64,000 bases of DNA, from positions 186,001 through 250,000 of the forward strand of contig OZ025692.1 in the NCBI GenBank assembly GCA_964019335.1, in the 5' to 3' direction. This DNA comes from Diplonema japonicum (lineage: Eukaryota > Protista > Euglenozoa: Diplonemea). Within the stretch, counting starts at the first letter, position 1, and each line of letters opens with the position of its first letter. The position numbers and the translations under genes are program-made. The notes beneath the pieces were generated by a model, which was given only the letters and a program-made list of their open reading frames with translations, ran no database searches and was not told where the DNA came from. This document shows positions 1-11,839 of the stretch, in pieces.

Positions 1-473
1 ACAGCTTGCAGTGCTAACATGTTTTCACCTGTTGCGGCGTAGCCCGCGATGACCTCCCGCGCGGTGTTCCCCGATACGTTCACTCCGGTGTTTTGCATTT
101 TTTCGAGTGTGGTGCCAGCCTCGTCCATGGCGCCGATTCGTGACATTGCTGTCACCATGGCGTTGTGTGTCAGGGGGCCGATCTCTGCTTTCATGTCAGT
201 CATCATAAAGAAGCACTCCCATAGGGATCGTGGGGTGATGGCGGTGTCTGCTTGGTCTAACCGGTTTAATATGAATTCGCCGCATTTTTGGTCCGACCAG
301 CAGTTGTACCACTTAGCTTGCGTTTGTTTTTGTTGTTTTTGTTGTTTTTGTTGCTTTTGTTGTCGTTGTTGAAGTCTCTTGGCGGGTTGCTTTCGGGCCG
401 TATTTTGTTTAACTCCTTTTGCAGCCGCTGTCCATGGTGCTCTTGCCCCGCCTAGAACTACAACTCTGCTCAT
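1..473 (-). CDS. Pentatricopeptide-repeat (PPR) protein, 5' part (runs off window); probably mitochondrial
   Basis: Open frame from ATG at 473 to the window edge, absent from the ORF track. Basic N-terminus, (QQK)n tract, then PPR-like motif LTHNAMVTAMSRIGAMDEAGTTLEKMQNTGVNVS and the start of a second repeat. Confidence 0.7.
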   Translation of the reverse strand, partial: MSRVVVLGGARAPWTAAAKGVKQNTARKQPAKRLQQRQQKQQKQQKQQKQTQAKWYNCWSDQKCGEFILNRLDQADTAITPRSLWECFFMMTDMKAEIGPLTHNAMVTAMSRIGAMDEAGTTLEKMQNTGVNVSGNTAREVIAGYAATGENMLALQA

Positions 474-1270
474 GTTTAAATTCCCCTCCCTCCTCTCTCC
501 CAACCTTTTCACTTTTTTTTTCTCCTTCTTGTATTGGGTATTTTCTTTTTTTTCTTTTTTTTACGGCAATGTAAAGAATAATAAAAAAAAAGCGAAACAA
601 AAAAAAGCGAAACAAAAAAAGGAGAATTCCTCCCCCCCCCCTCCCCTTTTCCATTCTTTTTTTGTTCGTTTTTTGTCACATTTTTTTCCCCCATCCTCTC
701 CCCCTTTTTTTTTTTTTTTTTTTTTTTTGCAATTCTGGTGGGATTGCAAAAGTAAAAAGATATCCTTTCATATTTTTCAGGTGTATAAGGGTTTCAAAAA
801 AGGAGGGGTTACAAGAAAATATTTTTTTTTTTCAAGACTCAAGAATAGAGAGGAATAGGGAGGGAACGCGGAAAAAAAAAAAAAGCAGCATGAACTCGCA
901 CCACCACAATAAAAAAGGATAAAAAAAAAGAACGGAAGGAAAACTCAAAAGAAAGGGAATCGGCACACACAAAAAAAAAAAAAAAAGAGGAGGAACAAAC
1001 AAAAATCAAGTTGTTTTTTTTCCCCCCACAGTGCGGGGTTTTTTTTATTTTTTTTTTTTTCCAATCAAACATTACTCCTTTTTTTTCTCCCCCTCCCCCA
1101 GTAAAAAAATAAAAAACGAGAGAATTATTTGATCACCACTTTTCTTTCCCTTTTTTTTTTAAAAAAAATATTTTAGACCCCCCCCAGGAAGAAACAAAAA
1201 GAAACAAAAATAGGGGGGAGAGGGAGGGAAAAAAAATCCCCCCCCCTTCTCTCTCTCTCTCTCTCTCTAT

Positions 1271-2194
1271 CTAGAGCTTCGAGTCGGACATATCCTTCTT
1301 CACCTTGCGTACATCACCCCTTTGGAAGGTAAAATTGTTGAGCGTGGTGGTCTTAGGAGCAAGCAAACGGGGAGGCTCGAATGTAGGGTCGAATCTGTAA
1401 ATAGCAAGATCTTCCTTGGTAAGGTTGAAGCGTTGCATCAAAGCGTCGTCATCGATCAGCTGTTGCCCGTTGCAAGTGGGGTCGGAAACAATGGCGAGAA
1501 CGCAGTCCGACAGGATACTGGCCTTCCTCCACAATTTTGTGTCCCCAAGCTTGAAATTCTTCGATGCTTGCGACTCAATAACCGTAGCAGGCCACAGTGA
1601 GTTTCCTGTGATACCATTTGCCTCGCCCTCTGCTGCAGCACCCATTGCCACCATGGTCATTCCAAACTTCGACATGTTGTAAGCAGTGAACCCCTTGAAT
1701 CTTTTGTAGTCACTCTCAATAGGAGGCGACATTGTAATGACACGGCCCCACTTCTGCTTCATCATGTGAGGGATGCACAATTTTGTCAGGATGAACGATC
1801 CACGGGCGTTAATCTGGTTGATAAGGTCGTACTTGTTAACAGGGGTGTCTTCAATGGTGTGCCACCAGAGAGCCGAGGCGTTGTTGATGACAATGTCAAT
1901 GCGGCCGAAGTGTGCGATGGTGTTTTCCACGCAGGCTGCAATGCTTTTCTCATCTTTCATGTCGACCTTGCAGGGGAGGGCGTCGGGCCCCAGGGCCTTC
2001 ACCTCGGCGGCCACGGAGAAAATCGTCCCCGGAAGCTCTTTTGTCTCCACCGTTGTCTTTGCGGCCACCACGATGTTGCACCCGTACTTTGCAAGCGCCA
2101 GAGCGCATTCCCTCCCGATGCCTCTTGTGGACCCGGAGATGATCGCCACCTTGCCCTTTAAGTTCATCGGCTGGATTTTCGGTGAGGTTGCCAT
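1271..2194 (-). CDS. HSDL2: HSDL2-like short-chain dehydrogenase/reductase with C-terminal PTS1 (SKL)
   Basis: SGSTRGIG Rossmann motif, AAKT..LPGTI, NNASA, YxxxK (YNMSK), LWPAT; ends in -SKL. Confidence 0.85.
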   Translation of the reverse strand: MATSPKIQPMNLKGKVAIISGSTRGIGRECALALAKYGCNIVVAAKTTVETKELPGTIFSVAAEVKALGPDALPCKVDMKDEKSIAACVENTIAHFGRIDIVINNASALWWHTIEDTPVNKYDLINQINARGSFILTKLCIPHMMKQKWGRVITMSPPIESDYKRFKGFTAYNMSKFGMTMVAMGAAAEGEANGITGNSLWPATVIESQASKNFKLGDTKLWRKASILSDCVLAIVSDPTCNGQQLIDDDALMQRFNLTKEDLAIYRFDPTFEPPRLLAPKTTTLNNFTFQRGDVRKVKKDMSDSKL

Positions 2195-2227
2195 TTTTTT
2201 CTTCTTTTTTTTTTTTCTTATTGTGGT

Positions 2228-2265
<38 letters not shown>

Positions 2266-2490
2266 TTTCGTGGGGGACAACAAAAAAAAGGAAAATGTGG
2301 GGAAAAGGATGTGCGGGGGAGTATTATTATTTTTTTTCTTTTTTGGTTGTGCTACACTCCTGTCACTTTTTTTTATAAAAAAAAAGTGAGGTAAAAAAAA
2401 AAAAAAACAAAAAAAAGGAAAAAAAAAGGCAAGTTTTTTTCTTCTTCTTTTTTCTTTTCAATATTTCTTTTTTTTTTTATCGTTCTAATA

Positions 2491-2678
2491 TCACATCACG
2501 GTGCAATCTTTCTTATCCTTCCCTCCCTCGGGTGTTGCCGGCACGTCCTCCGAGGATGTTGCCTTCGGATGGTTCACGATGGGGGCGTGGACCACAGTGT
2601 CTGTCACATCAAGCTCGGATTTTGTAAGTTGGACTCCGGAGAGGTCAGCTGCTATTTTTGTAAACGCCGCATTGACCT

Positions 2679-2709
<31 letters not shown>

Positions 2710-3265
2710 CCTCACACCTTGTCACCTGTTTTAGCCGACACAAAAAAAGGAACCATTCCATTCTCCACAGCGAAAAGGGAGTGTTTTTCAGCCTTTACGG
2801 ATCTGAGGTGGTTCAGATCCATTTTATTCCCAACTAACGCCAGGTAGGGCATAGTTTTCTTATCTTTGAATGTCGTTTTCACGAACTCAAGCCATTGCTC
2901 CAAATTTTTGAAGGATTCCATGCTTGTTACGTCATAAGTCATGAGGATAGCATGGCTGCCGAAGAGATAGTTCCCGAGCATCTTCCCCCCAAGTTGCTGG
3001 CCTCCGATGTCCCAGATCTGCAATGTTGTGTTCACCTGCCCAGGAAGCGCTAGTCTTTTGTTGAAGAAGTCCAACCCTACTGTCTGCCGGTACGACTCTT
3101 TGAAGCCGCCTTCGCAAAATCTCATGATTAAACTGGTTTTCCCCACTGCCCCGTCACCTTTTTTTTTTTTTTTTGATTTTTTTTTTCTTTTGTGTGTGCC
3201 ATACCAACTACAAGCACTTTGTACTGCAAATGATCCACCGCATCATCGCTGTCTGAGTCAGACAT
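2491..3265 (-). CDS. RAB28: Rab28 small GTPase, 3 exons
   Basis: Exons 3265-3205, 3157-2718, 2676-2491 (687 nt). Splicing restores P-loop GDGAVGKT. WDIGGQ, GNKMD, SAK and CAAX box CTVM present; acidic MSDSDSDD N-terminus as in Rab28. Confidence 0.92.
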
Positions 3266-3543
3266 TTCTTTTTTTTTCTCCCTTTTTTTTTATGTAATTC
3301 CTCCTGTTATTTTTTTTTTTTTTTCTTTTAACAGACAGGGGGAGAAAAAGAAAAAAAAAAAAGAGAAAAAAAAAACCCTGAGATCACCCAAGGGATAGGA
3401 AAGAAGAAAAAAAAAAAAAACAAACCAAAGGACGCCATTGACACTTTTTTCTTTTGATAGGGGGGAACAAATGGAAAAAAAAAAAAAAAAGAATCAGAAA
3501 TAAAAAGGAAAGGGACCTTCCCCCCCCCCCCCCCCCCCCCCGT

Positions 3544-3631
3544 TCACAGTTTCCACCCAGAGTGCAGTGCGACAACACCGAACGTTAAAGAGTCGTAAGA
3601 GACACCCTTGAATCCTGCTTCGCGGATCTGT

Positions 3632-3686
<55 letters not shown>

Positions 3687-4521
3687 CCCCACCCAAACAC
3701 ACCATCCCGGCAAATTCCTCCTGGCGAGGGAACTTTCTTATAGACTCAACAAGGTACTGGTAACTGTGCCAGTCGTTCGCGAAAAGCTGGCCAAGCGCCT
3801 TTTTTTTTTTTTTTTTTTTTTCCCTCCCCCCCTTTCCATCACATACCGGGATAACATTCATAGAGTACGCATCATACAGCATCCGGAGTGTCTCCTGCTC
3901 GACATGGGAAAATTCCAGTACAAGCAGCCGGCCGTTGGGCTTCAGAACACGATGAGCCTCTGCCAGTGCCTTCTCAATGTGTGTCACATTACGGATCCCG
4001 AACGCAATGGTGTAAGCATCAAAACTCGCGTCAGGGAAAGGAAGCTCTTCGGCGTTGGCCTCCTTGAAGTTGACGGGGGCAGCGTCGCCTGCCTTCTTTC
4101 TGTCCAAGTATCGTATTTCGCCTTGTTCAAGCATTTTCCCGTTAATATCGGATATTGTAATGCCGGCCTCCGTTGCCGAGAGGGGTGGTTCTGTCATTAG
4201 TTTTTCGTTGAGTGCGTCCAATATTCTAAAGGCGACATCGCCCGTCCCCCCTGCTACGTCAAGGTACTGTTTGCCAAGTTGTGGGTCGAGCCTTCCAACC
4301 ATGGTGTCCTTCCAGCATCTGTGCATCCCCGCGCTCATTACGTCATTCATGATATCGTACTTTCCGCTAACCTGCTCGAAAAGCTTTTTCACCATCCCTT
4401 CCTTCTCGTCCTCCTTCACCGACTGGTAGCCAAACCAGGCTTTTTTCTCTTCTTCACTTTTCCCGCTCTCCCATCGCCTCCCCACTACCCTTTTGCTCAA
4501 GGCTGTTCGTGCGGTCCTCAT
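3544..4521 (-). CDS. COQ5: COQ5/UbiE ubiquinone biosynthesis C-methyltransferase, 3 exons
   Basis: Exons 4521-3847, 3798-3703, 3627-3544. Motifs [46 protein letters not shown]. The two poly-Lys inserts in the raw ORF are in-frame GT-AG introns. Arg-rich mitochondrial-type N-terminus. Confidence 0.93.
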
Positions 4522-5408
4522 AATTCCTTTTTTTTTTTTTAATTTCCCCCCAAAAGTTTACGCACGTGGGTGTCATAATAGATATCAATAATTTGAGGGG
4601 ATATGGGAGGGAACAGGGGACCGGAGAAAAAGATGGGAAGAAAAAAAAAAGATGATGGGGACGGGGGGGGGGGATGAAACATAAGGTTGGGTGTGTCTGT
4701 GTGTGTGTGTGTGCTTTTTTTTGTGGGGGAACGGGGGGGGGGGGGGGGGGGGCAGATATTCTTTTTTTTCATAATAAAAAAGTTCTTTGTTATTTATTTT
4801 GTTATTACCTCAACTCTAGACTTCTTTTTTTTCTTTCCCAAAAAGGTGGGGGGGAATTGGGGGGGGGGGGGGGGGGGTGCAAGAATGGGGAGGGGACGAA
4901 CAACACAGAACTATCCCTTTTTTTGATGAGGAAAAAAAAAAAACACAACAAGTACAATAAAGGGACCTTTCTTTCCCCCTTTCTTCTTTTTTTCTCTTTA
5001 TAAACAAATAAATAAGGGAAGGGATGGGAAAGGGGTAAGGGAACAACTCACGAAGTGTTTAAAAAAGAAGAATATAAAAAAAGTTTAAAAAAAAAAAAGG
5101 GGGGGACCATCAGGGGATAGGGCGTGAGATTTTTTTAAAAAATGAAACTTGATTTTTTTTTTTCTATTCTTTTCTTTCTTTCCCTTGAAAAAAAAATCTT
5201 TCTACCGTATGAAGCTGAAAAATGGAAAAAAGAAAAAGAAATAATAAAAAACAAGAAAAAAAGAAGAAAAAAACTTAATCACCCCTTCGCCTTTTTCTTC
5301 TTCTTCTTCTTTCGTACACTGATAAAAATACCTCAAGGAGCATAAACCCCAAACTTTTCTTATTCCCCCTCTCCCCCTTTTTTTTTTACTCATGTTCTAA
5401 TAACCATT

Positions 5409-5444
<36 letters not shown>

Positions 5445-5637
5445 CCGACACTTTTTTTTTTCCTTCTTCCCTGAAGCATGCAAGGGGAGGGGGTGGGACA
5501 ACAGCAACTTTTTTTTCCCATTATTTTTTTTTTTTTTTTTTTTCTTTTCTTGTTTCTTGGGGGAACGGGGGGAAGGGGTGGTGGGGGCAAGACAATAATA
5601 ATATATAAAAAAAAAATTTTTTTTTTAAAAAAAGAAA

Positions 5638-6466
5638 TCACCCTTCCCCCAGTTCAACGTCAAGATCAACATCAGCAGGGAGATTCCAGAACTGGAACGT
5701 GTTATACCGCGCCTCGTGTTCTTCCTCAATCTTATGCACGAGGTGTGGGTGCATTGCGGGTGTAGGAGATGCAGCAAGATCTGTATACTGCACATGAGAA
5801 GCGTCGGTTGTTAAAGGAGAAGCAGATGGCTCCGAGTCATGCTCCTTTTCGGGAAGCAGCTCCTCAACAGTGTCCATAAATTGTGCTCCCGAACTGGCAC
5901 CAGTTTGTATGATATTTGTGATGGCCTTGTCCCAGTTGTTATTCGTGAAATCGTTCAGAACCTGCTTCTCCTCTTCCTCCTTGGGCTCCGAGGACTGGAT
6001 ATCGTGGCCAAGATCCTGAGAAAAGAGACCCTCAACACCAGAAGCATCAGTCCCAGCGGCCTCGGACTGGTTTTTTTTTTTTTTTTTTTTTTTTTCCCCT
6101 CAACATACCTCATTCGCAACGGAGTTATGGTATCTACTGAGCTTGGAATTGCTGATTTTATATTTATCCTCTGTCGATGCACCTTCGCTTTCCTCTTCTG
6201 CGGTATTGCTCGACTCAGCATAGGTGTTTGTGTGCCGGTCGGGTTCTGTGTTAATGAAATTATTCGTGGACGCGGACTCCACTTGGTTCCCTCCCTGCCC
6301 AAAGGCTATTTTCCCCAACGAATCGAAGGTAAGCCCTTCCTCCTCAGGAACCACCGGCCACGGCGACACACGTTCGATCTCCAACCGGGTTTCCAACACT
6401 ACAATGTATTCACTCCACCCCCGTACATGCTCAAGCAACGGCATCGCAAGACCTTCCTTTGGCTGT

Positions 6467-6499
<33 letters not shown>

Positions 6500-7902
6500 A
6501 AAAATCATACTATTTTGCAAAGAGGTGGCTTGTGGATATATTCGCTCATTAGGTTAAGCTGTCCCATGTAGCCTTTCGAATAATTGCGTTCCTTGATCTG
6601 CTCGGAGTTCGCGTCGTTGCAGCTCAATATGAACTCGGGAAGCTTGCACTCGTGAATGAGATGGTTCAGCAGCCCGTAGCTCGCGCTGTCGTCCGCGTCA
6701 AGAACAGAAATAGACCCCTCGACAACCTCTGTGAGACAGCAGTGTGCAATGTTGTGCATTTCGTACGTTTTGAAGATTTGCAGCATGGGTTTTAAAATGC
6801 TTGATTTTGCTATGTGTTCATGGGTCACGGAGGGGCGTGTCCGTGCTAGGTGGCTGACCATTTCCATAACCTTCACCCGGCACGGGCCAAGCGGAACGTT
6901 GAGCTCCTCCGCCTGCCAGGTTACCTTCATAGGCGGGAGCTTCCCGGGATCTTCAAGAACTGTTTTAAACCCATCTAAAAAGCTCAAACAAACGTTTAAA
7001 ACCGTGTCTTGAATATCTGCCTCTTCCTGCGCAGGTTGTATCTTACACAATGTCATGGGTGGGGTCTTCTCAAGGTTGATCAACGTGACAAGGAGAGCGG
7101 CGCCTTCTTGAAACAGGACGGAGTTCCCGTCGTCCCGTTCTGATTTCAACATGGAAGTGATAAGTTTTATGAGCGATTCCTTCGTTGCAATGGCTTGTAT
7201 GTAAGGTAGCAGCTTCCTGTTTGGGAAGCTGAACCTCCTGACAAGGTCCACAAGAAACCTGCACCCGGATATGGAATGGTCAATGCCCCCGTTGACTATC
7301 ATGTCAAGAATGTCAGTGATGAGATTGTTTTGCAGCCACCAAAGATGTATATTTGGAGGAACTCTGAGATCATCCTCGTTCAACGCGCCGAGGAACGAAC
7401 CCAGAAGGTCGCAGAGTGGCGGGGAGGCAATGTGGTAAACAAGGCGGTTCACAACAGGCTTTCTCTTCTGCAGCTCGCGGAGGAAATCCATCATCTGTGG
7501 AGGGGACTTGATATAGAGCTTGTGGACGCACTCTGTCAGCTTCAGAGCCAACCAAGGGTTGATCACATCCAGGTCGAGAAAATTGAACAGTTTTTCCAGT
7601 AATTCCGGGGTGTCGTGAAGCTTTGTCATGACCTCATCGACATCCCTAGCAAGTACCTCCGTAGCTTTGTACGGATATTTCAGCCAAGTGGGAAGGTCTT
7701 CTATAGAGTCTGCTGCTATAAACTCTTTCCGGCTCTTCTCCTCCTCTTCCTCTGTGAATGGGTACAGCATGAACTCGATGAGTCCATCCAAAATGTGGTT
7801 TTGGCTGAAGTAGGTCCCCATTTCCGCTGCGTCTCCCGGGACATCGCTCGAGGCGAGCATCTCCTCCAGCGGGCAGTCCAGGTTGTCTTCGTCTGCAAAC
7901 AT
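5638..7902 (-). CDS. SAPS-domain protein (SIT4/PP6 phosphatase regulatory subunit), 3 exons
   Basis: Exons 7902-6511, 6462-6109, 6066-5638 join three ORFs in frame. SAPS motifs KYPYKATEVL, PLGPCRVKVME, HNIAH, GYMGQL; acidic C-terminal tail. Confidence 0.85.
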
Positions 7903-8290
7903 CTCTAGTTCAGCGTTTCTTTTTTTTTATTGGTATTTTATTTTTTTTTAATTCCCCCCCTCTCTTCTTTCCCCCCCCTCCCCACCCTATTTTTCTTTTT
8001 TTAAAAATTTAATATTTTAATTTCACAAAAAAAGGGGGGGGTAAATGTATGTCAACAAAAAACTCAAAAAAAGGGGGGGGGAGGAACTTGCATCTATGGG
8101 GTAGGAAAAAGAGGGGTGGGGGGAGGGGGAACGTATTCTAAAAACGAGGGGGGGAGAGGGGGGAGTAATAAGAAGAAAAAATACAACAAATTCATTTTTT
8201 AAACCCCCCCCGCCATAATATACAGGGGAGGGGTGAGACTCTACCCTAACGGCACATTTTTACACATCCCCCCTCCCCTCCCCTTCATTC

Positions 8291-10171
8291 TTAACTCCGC
8301 ACGCTAGACGTGGTGGCAGCGTAGCCATCGAGCATAGTTGTAATGGAACGAACTGCTGTTTCGAGGTTTACGCTCTTGTGAGGAGTGAAAGGTGCAGGGG
8401 TGTGGAGGGGTGAAGGTGATGCTATTGAGGCAGGAACGCTTTTTTCTATCTGTAGCCTTTGTTCAAAATGTTTTTCTTTTTCCCGGATAAGGTCCCACCG
8501 CTGCTTGAGCTTCGCGTACTCCTTCTCGATCTGCTGCTCTCGCAGCTCGTTGAGCCGTTGTTGCTCCTGTGCTTTTGTCCGCATCGTGTGAACGGCTTCA
8601 AGCCTTTGGATCACCCGTGCAGCCTCGTCTTCAATCCTTCGTGCCTCGACCTCCCGTGTCGAGACCATTACTTTGTCTTCGTTTAATTTCATTTGTTTTT
8701 GGTCTAACACTTTCTCTCGTTTCGCCACCTCTCGGACTCTCTCCGCGACGTCGAAGCGTTGCGCCTCCAAGCTTCTGTGTTCGACCTCCCTTCGTAGGAA
8801 CGCGGCCCATTGTGTTTCCTTGTCGCGCATTGCTGCTTCTCTCGCTTTTAAATCTTCTTCTGACGTGGAACCCGTGTCGGTACGCACGCCCAGCACCTGC
8901 TGTATCTGGATTGCCTTTTCGTGTAGCATGGTGCGTACCCCCTCCAGATCGCTTTCCCATGCTTCCAATGCCTCTGCGTCGTCGTTGTTTACTTGCGTGC
9001 TCCTCATGAGGACCATGCGTTCCCTGCTGTGTAGCCGTCGCGTGAGGCGTTCGTCTAGTTCGTCGGATAGTTTTGACTCGGCTGCCGCTGCTGCTTTTTT
9101 TAACATTTCGGTCATCGTTGATGCCTTTTCAAGTGTGTGTTGAATGTGGGAGCATTCTTCTTCTTTTTTCTGCACGGTGTCCTCTCTTGATTTCAGCTGT
9201 TCTTCCCATTCTTGCAGCATCCCTTCTCTTCTCTTAGCGCTTGCCCACATTGCCTGTGCGTGGCTGACCTTGTCGCCCGCTTCTTGTTCCCGCTGGTTGA
9301 CCATTCTCAAATCGTTCGCCCATCCGTCCATTTCGTCGGTGGCGGTGCCCGTTTCGTAGCATAACGGAGTGTGTTGTGTGCTGTTTTCGATAGTCTCGCA
9401 ATCGGTTGAGGTTGCCACGGTGCTTTGCGTTGCGCGTTGCATCCGTTTGTAGCCAATATTTTGCTTCTCGAGCCTCACGATGGTGATCTCTCTGTCTTTG
9501 AACGTTTTTTCTTTTTCGAGAAGACGTGTTTCGAGGGCATTAAGCGACGCAGATTGTTCGTGAAGGACAGCAAGCTCCTGGTCGAGCCTGGCCCGCCGGG
9601 GGGAGTAGCGTTGCTCATCGAGACGTGTTTTCATATCGGCTTCCTTGGCATCGATGTCGCGTTCGCGTGCCTTGACAGACTCGAGCTGTTCCTCCATCAG
9701 CTTTTGTTGCAGGGCCATCATTTTGTGTAGTTGGCGGAGCTCGTCATCTTTTTGAAGCCATTCGCGTTCTTTTTGCTCTAAAAGCAGGGTGGACTCTTGC
9801 TTTTGGGTGGCGAGGAGCGCGCTCATCTTCTCCTCATGCGAGGCGTAGTCCGCCTTGAGGTTGCTCTCCAGTTCGCTGTACTCTCGCTGCACCTTCAGGA
9901 ACTTTGCTTTAAGCTCTTCTTGCAATTTTTCGTACTTCTGTTTCTCGCGGTCGTCGCTCGTATCTTGTTGTTGTTGTTGAGGCGGTGGCGGTGGCGGTGG
10001 TGGTTGCCGTACTCTGCTTGAAAACCCTGTCCCTCCTTTATATGAACCCTCGGCTCCGCCCCCTGGATTGTACGGCCCCGGTGCGGGAGGAGGTGTGGTC
10101 GATGCTTGTCTGACATCCACATCAAATAAAGGAGGGTTCGGGGACACTGACATCCGGTGAGGCACGTCCAT
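8291..10171 (-). CDS. Long coiled-coil protein, unknown function
   Basis: Long open frame, Pro/Gln-rich N-terminus then heptad-rich E/K/R sequence; first ATG at 10171. Confidence 0.8.
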   Translation of the reverse strand: MDVPHRMSVSPNPPLFDVDVRQASTTPPPAPGPYNPGGGAEGSYKGGTGFSSRVRQPPPPPPPPQQQQQDTSDDREKQKYEKLQEELKAKFLKVQREYSELESNLKADYASHEEKMSALLATQKQESTLLLEQKEREWLQKDDELRQLHKMMALQQKLMEEQLESVKARERDIDAKEADMKTRLDEQRYSPRRARLDQELAVLHEQSASLNALETRLLEKEKTFKDREITIVRLEKQNIGYKRMQRATQSTVATSTDCETIENSTQHTPLCYETGTATDEMDGWANDLRMVNQREQEAGDKVSHAQAMWASAKRREGMLQEWEEQLKSREDTVQKKEEECSHIQHTLEKASTMTEMLKKAAAAAESKLSDELDERLTRRLHSRERMVLMRSTQVNNDDAEALEAWESDLEGVRTMLHEKAIQIQQVLGVRTDTGSTSEEDLKAREAAMRDKETQWAAFLRREVEHRSLEAQRFDVAERVREVAKREKVLDQKQMKLNEDKVMVSTREVEARRIEDEAARVIQRLEAVHTMRTKAQEQQRLNELREQQIEKEYAKLKQRWDLIREKEKHFEQRLQIEKSVPASIASPSPLHTPAPFTPHKSVNLETAVRSITTMLDGYAATTSSVRS

Positions 10172-10655
10172 ACCCCCACCAACTGTGGTGTTTTGTTGTT
10201 GTTGAGGGGCAAGGCAAAAAAAAGGGGAGGGGGACACATTTATGCGTAGAAAGGTTTAAATATTCTTTTTTTTTTCTTTCTCCCCTTTCTTTTCCCTCTT
10301 TTTCTTAATCTCCACCCCCCCCCCCCCCCCCCTCTTCATCTTCTTTTTTCCCCTCTCGTTTTATTTTTTCGTTCTTTTTTTTTTAAAATAGTTCTTTCTC
10401 TTTTGCGGCTTCTTTATTAACCTTTCAATCACAAAAAAACGTGTGGATACCAAAGAAAAAAAAAAAAACCAGACCGTTGCCCTTCACATTTCTTTTCTAA
10501 ACGAAATTAAATATCCCGATGGCAGGGGAGCACTTTAGATAACAATGAAGCGCCAGTAAAGAAAAAAAAGAGAACAAAAAACAAATATGGGGGGGGGGGG
10601 GAGCGAGGGAGAATAATTTCTTGTCCTTTTCTTATAAACTTTTCTCTCCCCCCCT

Positions 10656-11479
10656 CTAGACCCAATCGGTGTCATCTGGCCGACTGAGTTCTTCCAAAGC
10701 CAATTCTGCTTGTGTGGCAGCTGCCTCCCGCATGGTAGCATGGCCCAGGATGACGATGATGCAAGTGGTGACAAGCCAAAATACAGTACTCGACCCTCCT
10801 GTGAAGTAGAAGAGCAAGAAGGTCAAGAAGGCAAGCCCTACGTAGGCCTCAATGGGCCGCAACTGCTTGTCGCCTGCGAGGTGCACTGTGTTTCTGCCGC
10901 CGTCAGAAAATTCGAAGTAAATCTTCCACGCGCAACCGGACGCCACCATTGAGAGGGTAAACATTATATTACTCAGCACGGTCCAGACCGTGAGGATCCC
11001 CATGAGGAACATGTAATTCGACTTGAAATATACAAGGTTCACCTTAGCACGGCTTAGTGCGTCCATCTGATTTTTTTTTTTTTTTTTATTCTTTCCCTTT
11101 TTTTCCGAAATACCTTATTCGGGGGGTTGAACTTTGAACGGTCCGCGAAATCCCTCCATCCACGCATGCCTCTCCAGCTTTTTTTTTTTTTTTTTTTTTG
11201 GGTTTTTTTTTGGGGGGGGTTTACTTACCTTGTTTCAGCCATTCCTTTTGCCATATAAAACATTTGCATTGCTCTTTGCCGGATGCCCATTCCTACGCCC
11301 GCTTCTTTTTCACCGTCGGTCTTTGCGTTGCCCCCGCATTCCCCGCTCCCACCATTATCCATCCATTGCAGCTCAGAGGGCTCCTCGTGAGCTCTGTATA
11401 TCAAGGGAGCCGACATGAGTGGGGCCGGGCTCGACTCAGAGGCTATCTTCTGGGACTGATCCACAGCAGGGGATTCCAT
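10656..11479 (-). CDS. PRA1 family (prenylated Rab acceptor) membrane protein, 3 exons
   Basis: Exons 11479-11229, 11177-11114, 11066-10656. Splicing yields RGWRDFADRSKFNPP..RAKVNLVYFKSNY, the PRA1 signature, then hydrophobic hairpins and HATMR. Confidence 0.85.
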
Positions 11480-11839
11480 TATCTTTTTTTTTGTTTTAAA
11501 TTCTCTTCTCCTATCCCCTCTTTGTTTTAACGGGTTTCTTCTTGGCCGGCGGGAAAGAGGAGGGTGGGGGGGGGGGGGGGGGGGGGGGGGTTGTTGAAGG
11601 GACAAAAAAGGGAGCCCAAACACGTGTAAATGAGAAGGCTTTTCTTTAAACATTTCATTTTCTTTTTTTTTCTCTTTTTTTCTTATATTCATCTTTTTTT
11701 TTTTTCTTTCCAGACGTGTGTGCTGTCTTTTTAATGGCAAAGAAAGGAATAAAGGAAAGGGAGAGGTAGAAGGGGGTCAGGAGAACAGGGGTGAAAAAGA
11801 TTTTACCCTTTATTTTTTTTTTCTTTTTTTTTATTTTAA

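Noticed and set aside
3628-3846. Poly-lysine insertions in COQ5 as real protein sequence or programmed frameshift sites
   Set aside because: Both are bounded by GT...AG and their removal restores the conserved COQ5 C-terminus; introns are the simpler explanation.
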